From Halocafeteria seosinensis (Eukaryota): 55,899 nt of DNA. Both the position numbers and the translations under genes were made by a program. Each line of letters opens with the position of its first letter. Position 1 is the first letter of the stretch. Below the pieces are notes generated by a model, which made no database searches, was not told the origin of the DNA, and worked only from the letters and a program-made list of their open reading frames with translations. Positions 55,113 through 55,899 of the stretch are shown piece after piece. The stretch lies in assembly GCA_001687465.1 (NCBI GenBank), contig LVLI01000283.1, forward strand, positions 1 through 55,899, written 5' to 3'.

Positions 55113-55899
55113 ATGAGAAAGCGTTTGTTCAAAATACTCAGCGCCTATATGTTATTGATTTTCCCAAGCACCATCGGAGAGGCGCAGCGAGAAATAAGCT
55201 CAGGAGAATTCCACACATGCCACATATCAGTATTAAAGAGGTACCTCATTTGCTGGGGATATGGAGAATTCGGTCAGCTTGGGTACGGAACTACCCACGA
55301 TGTCGGAGCCTTGAAACCAGTATCTACATCGCTTCATGTACCTATTGGAGAAGAATCGGAGAGCGTTCCATCGGTTGTTGCCGCCGGGAGGTGGCATACT
55401 TGTGTCATTCGTAGCAGTGGAACAATTGGATGTTTCGGTTATGGCGAATACGGAGTACTGGGATTGGGACATCCACAAAGCATCGGTGACAACGAGACAT
55501 TAGGAAACAGAACAGTAGATATTGGTGGAAACGAAGCAATTGATATATGTGGTGGTTTAGCTCACAGCTGTGCTTTGCGGAAAGATGGAAGTGTAGTGTG
55601 TTGGGGAACAGATTTGTATCAAGAAAGTGATTTTTTCTCCGGTAATCCTGCATTGGGATACGGTACAGCCGAAAATATTTGGATTCCAGGGAAGCGAGTA
55701 GTAGACATCGGTCCGGAGGACGCCGTACAGATAACGTGTGGACGACTGCACACTTGCGCCTTACGAAGTGGCGGCAGTGTTGTCTGTTGGGGTCATGCCA
55801 GTAAAGGCCAACTTGGGTACGGATCTACTGCCGTCCCTGAACAACCACCACGAAGTCAACAAGTGTATTTAGGCTTACAAGCCCATGCTATCGGTGTCT
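55113..55899 (+). CDS. Secreted/surface RCC1 (BLIP-II-like) beta-propeller repeat protein, truncated by window end
   Basis: Not in the ORF track because there is no stop in the window. Manual translation: MRKRLFKILSAYMLLIFPSTIGEA (signal-like), then ISSGEFHTC...ICWGYGEFGQLGYG, VAAGRWHTC...GCFGYGEYGVLGLG, ICGGLAHSCAL..DGSVVCWG, ITCGRLHTCAL..GGSVVCWG...GQLGYG. Confidence 0.88.
   Translation, partial: MRKRLFKILSAYMLLIFPSTIGEAQREISSGEFHTCHISVLKRYLICWGYGEFGQLGYGTTHDVGALKPVSTSLHVPIGEESESVPSVVAAGRWHTCVIRSSGTIGCFGYGEYGVLGLGHPQSIGDNETLGNRTVDIGGNEAIDICGGLAHSCALRKDGSVVCWGTDLYQESDFFSGNPALGYGTAENIWIPGKRVVDIGPEDAVQITCGRLHTCALRSGGSVVCWGHASKGQLGYGSTAVPEQPPRSQQVYLGLQAHAIGV

Overview
Eukaryotic nuclear DNA from a gene-dense unicellular organism. 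Introns are short (about 60-80 nt, GT-AG), and a DZIP1-like gene suggests a flagellated protist; any closer taxonomic placement is inference only. Housekeeping genes that can be rebuilt by splicing: WASHC4, NAA40, PPP4R1, ASCC3, a Tul1-like transmembrane RING E3, a USP47-like DUB, MMADHC and a DZIP1-like gene. There is also an uncharacterised TFxP/RLY-repeat protein. The most unusual content is a convergent pair of intronless ~2,200-aa receptor-like paralogues flanking MMADHC. Both have a signal peptide, 14 GLUG-like Gly-rich repeats, a Ser/Thr stalk, Ig-like domains, Cys-rich repeats, about 9 TM helices and an NPx(F/L)-motif tail. One paralogue has the repeats as 1x14 and is broken by a frameshift at ~35652; the other has them as 2x7 and is intact. 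Other notable items: a secreted RCC1-repeat ORF missed by the ORF track at the right edge, a putative GC-AG intron, a ~25% GC island carrying an ORF, a nested GC-rich palindrome, and several heavily decayed LINE-like reverse-transcriptase relics. All calls come from reading the sequence and recalled family motifs; no searches were run.
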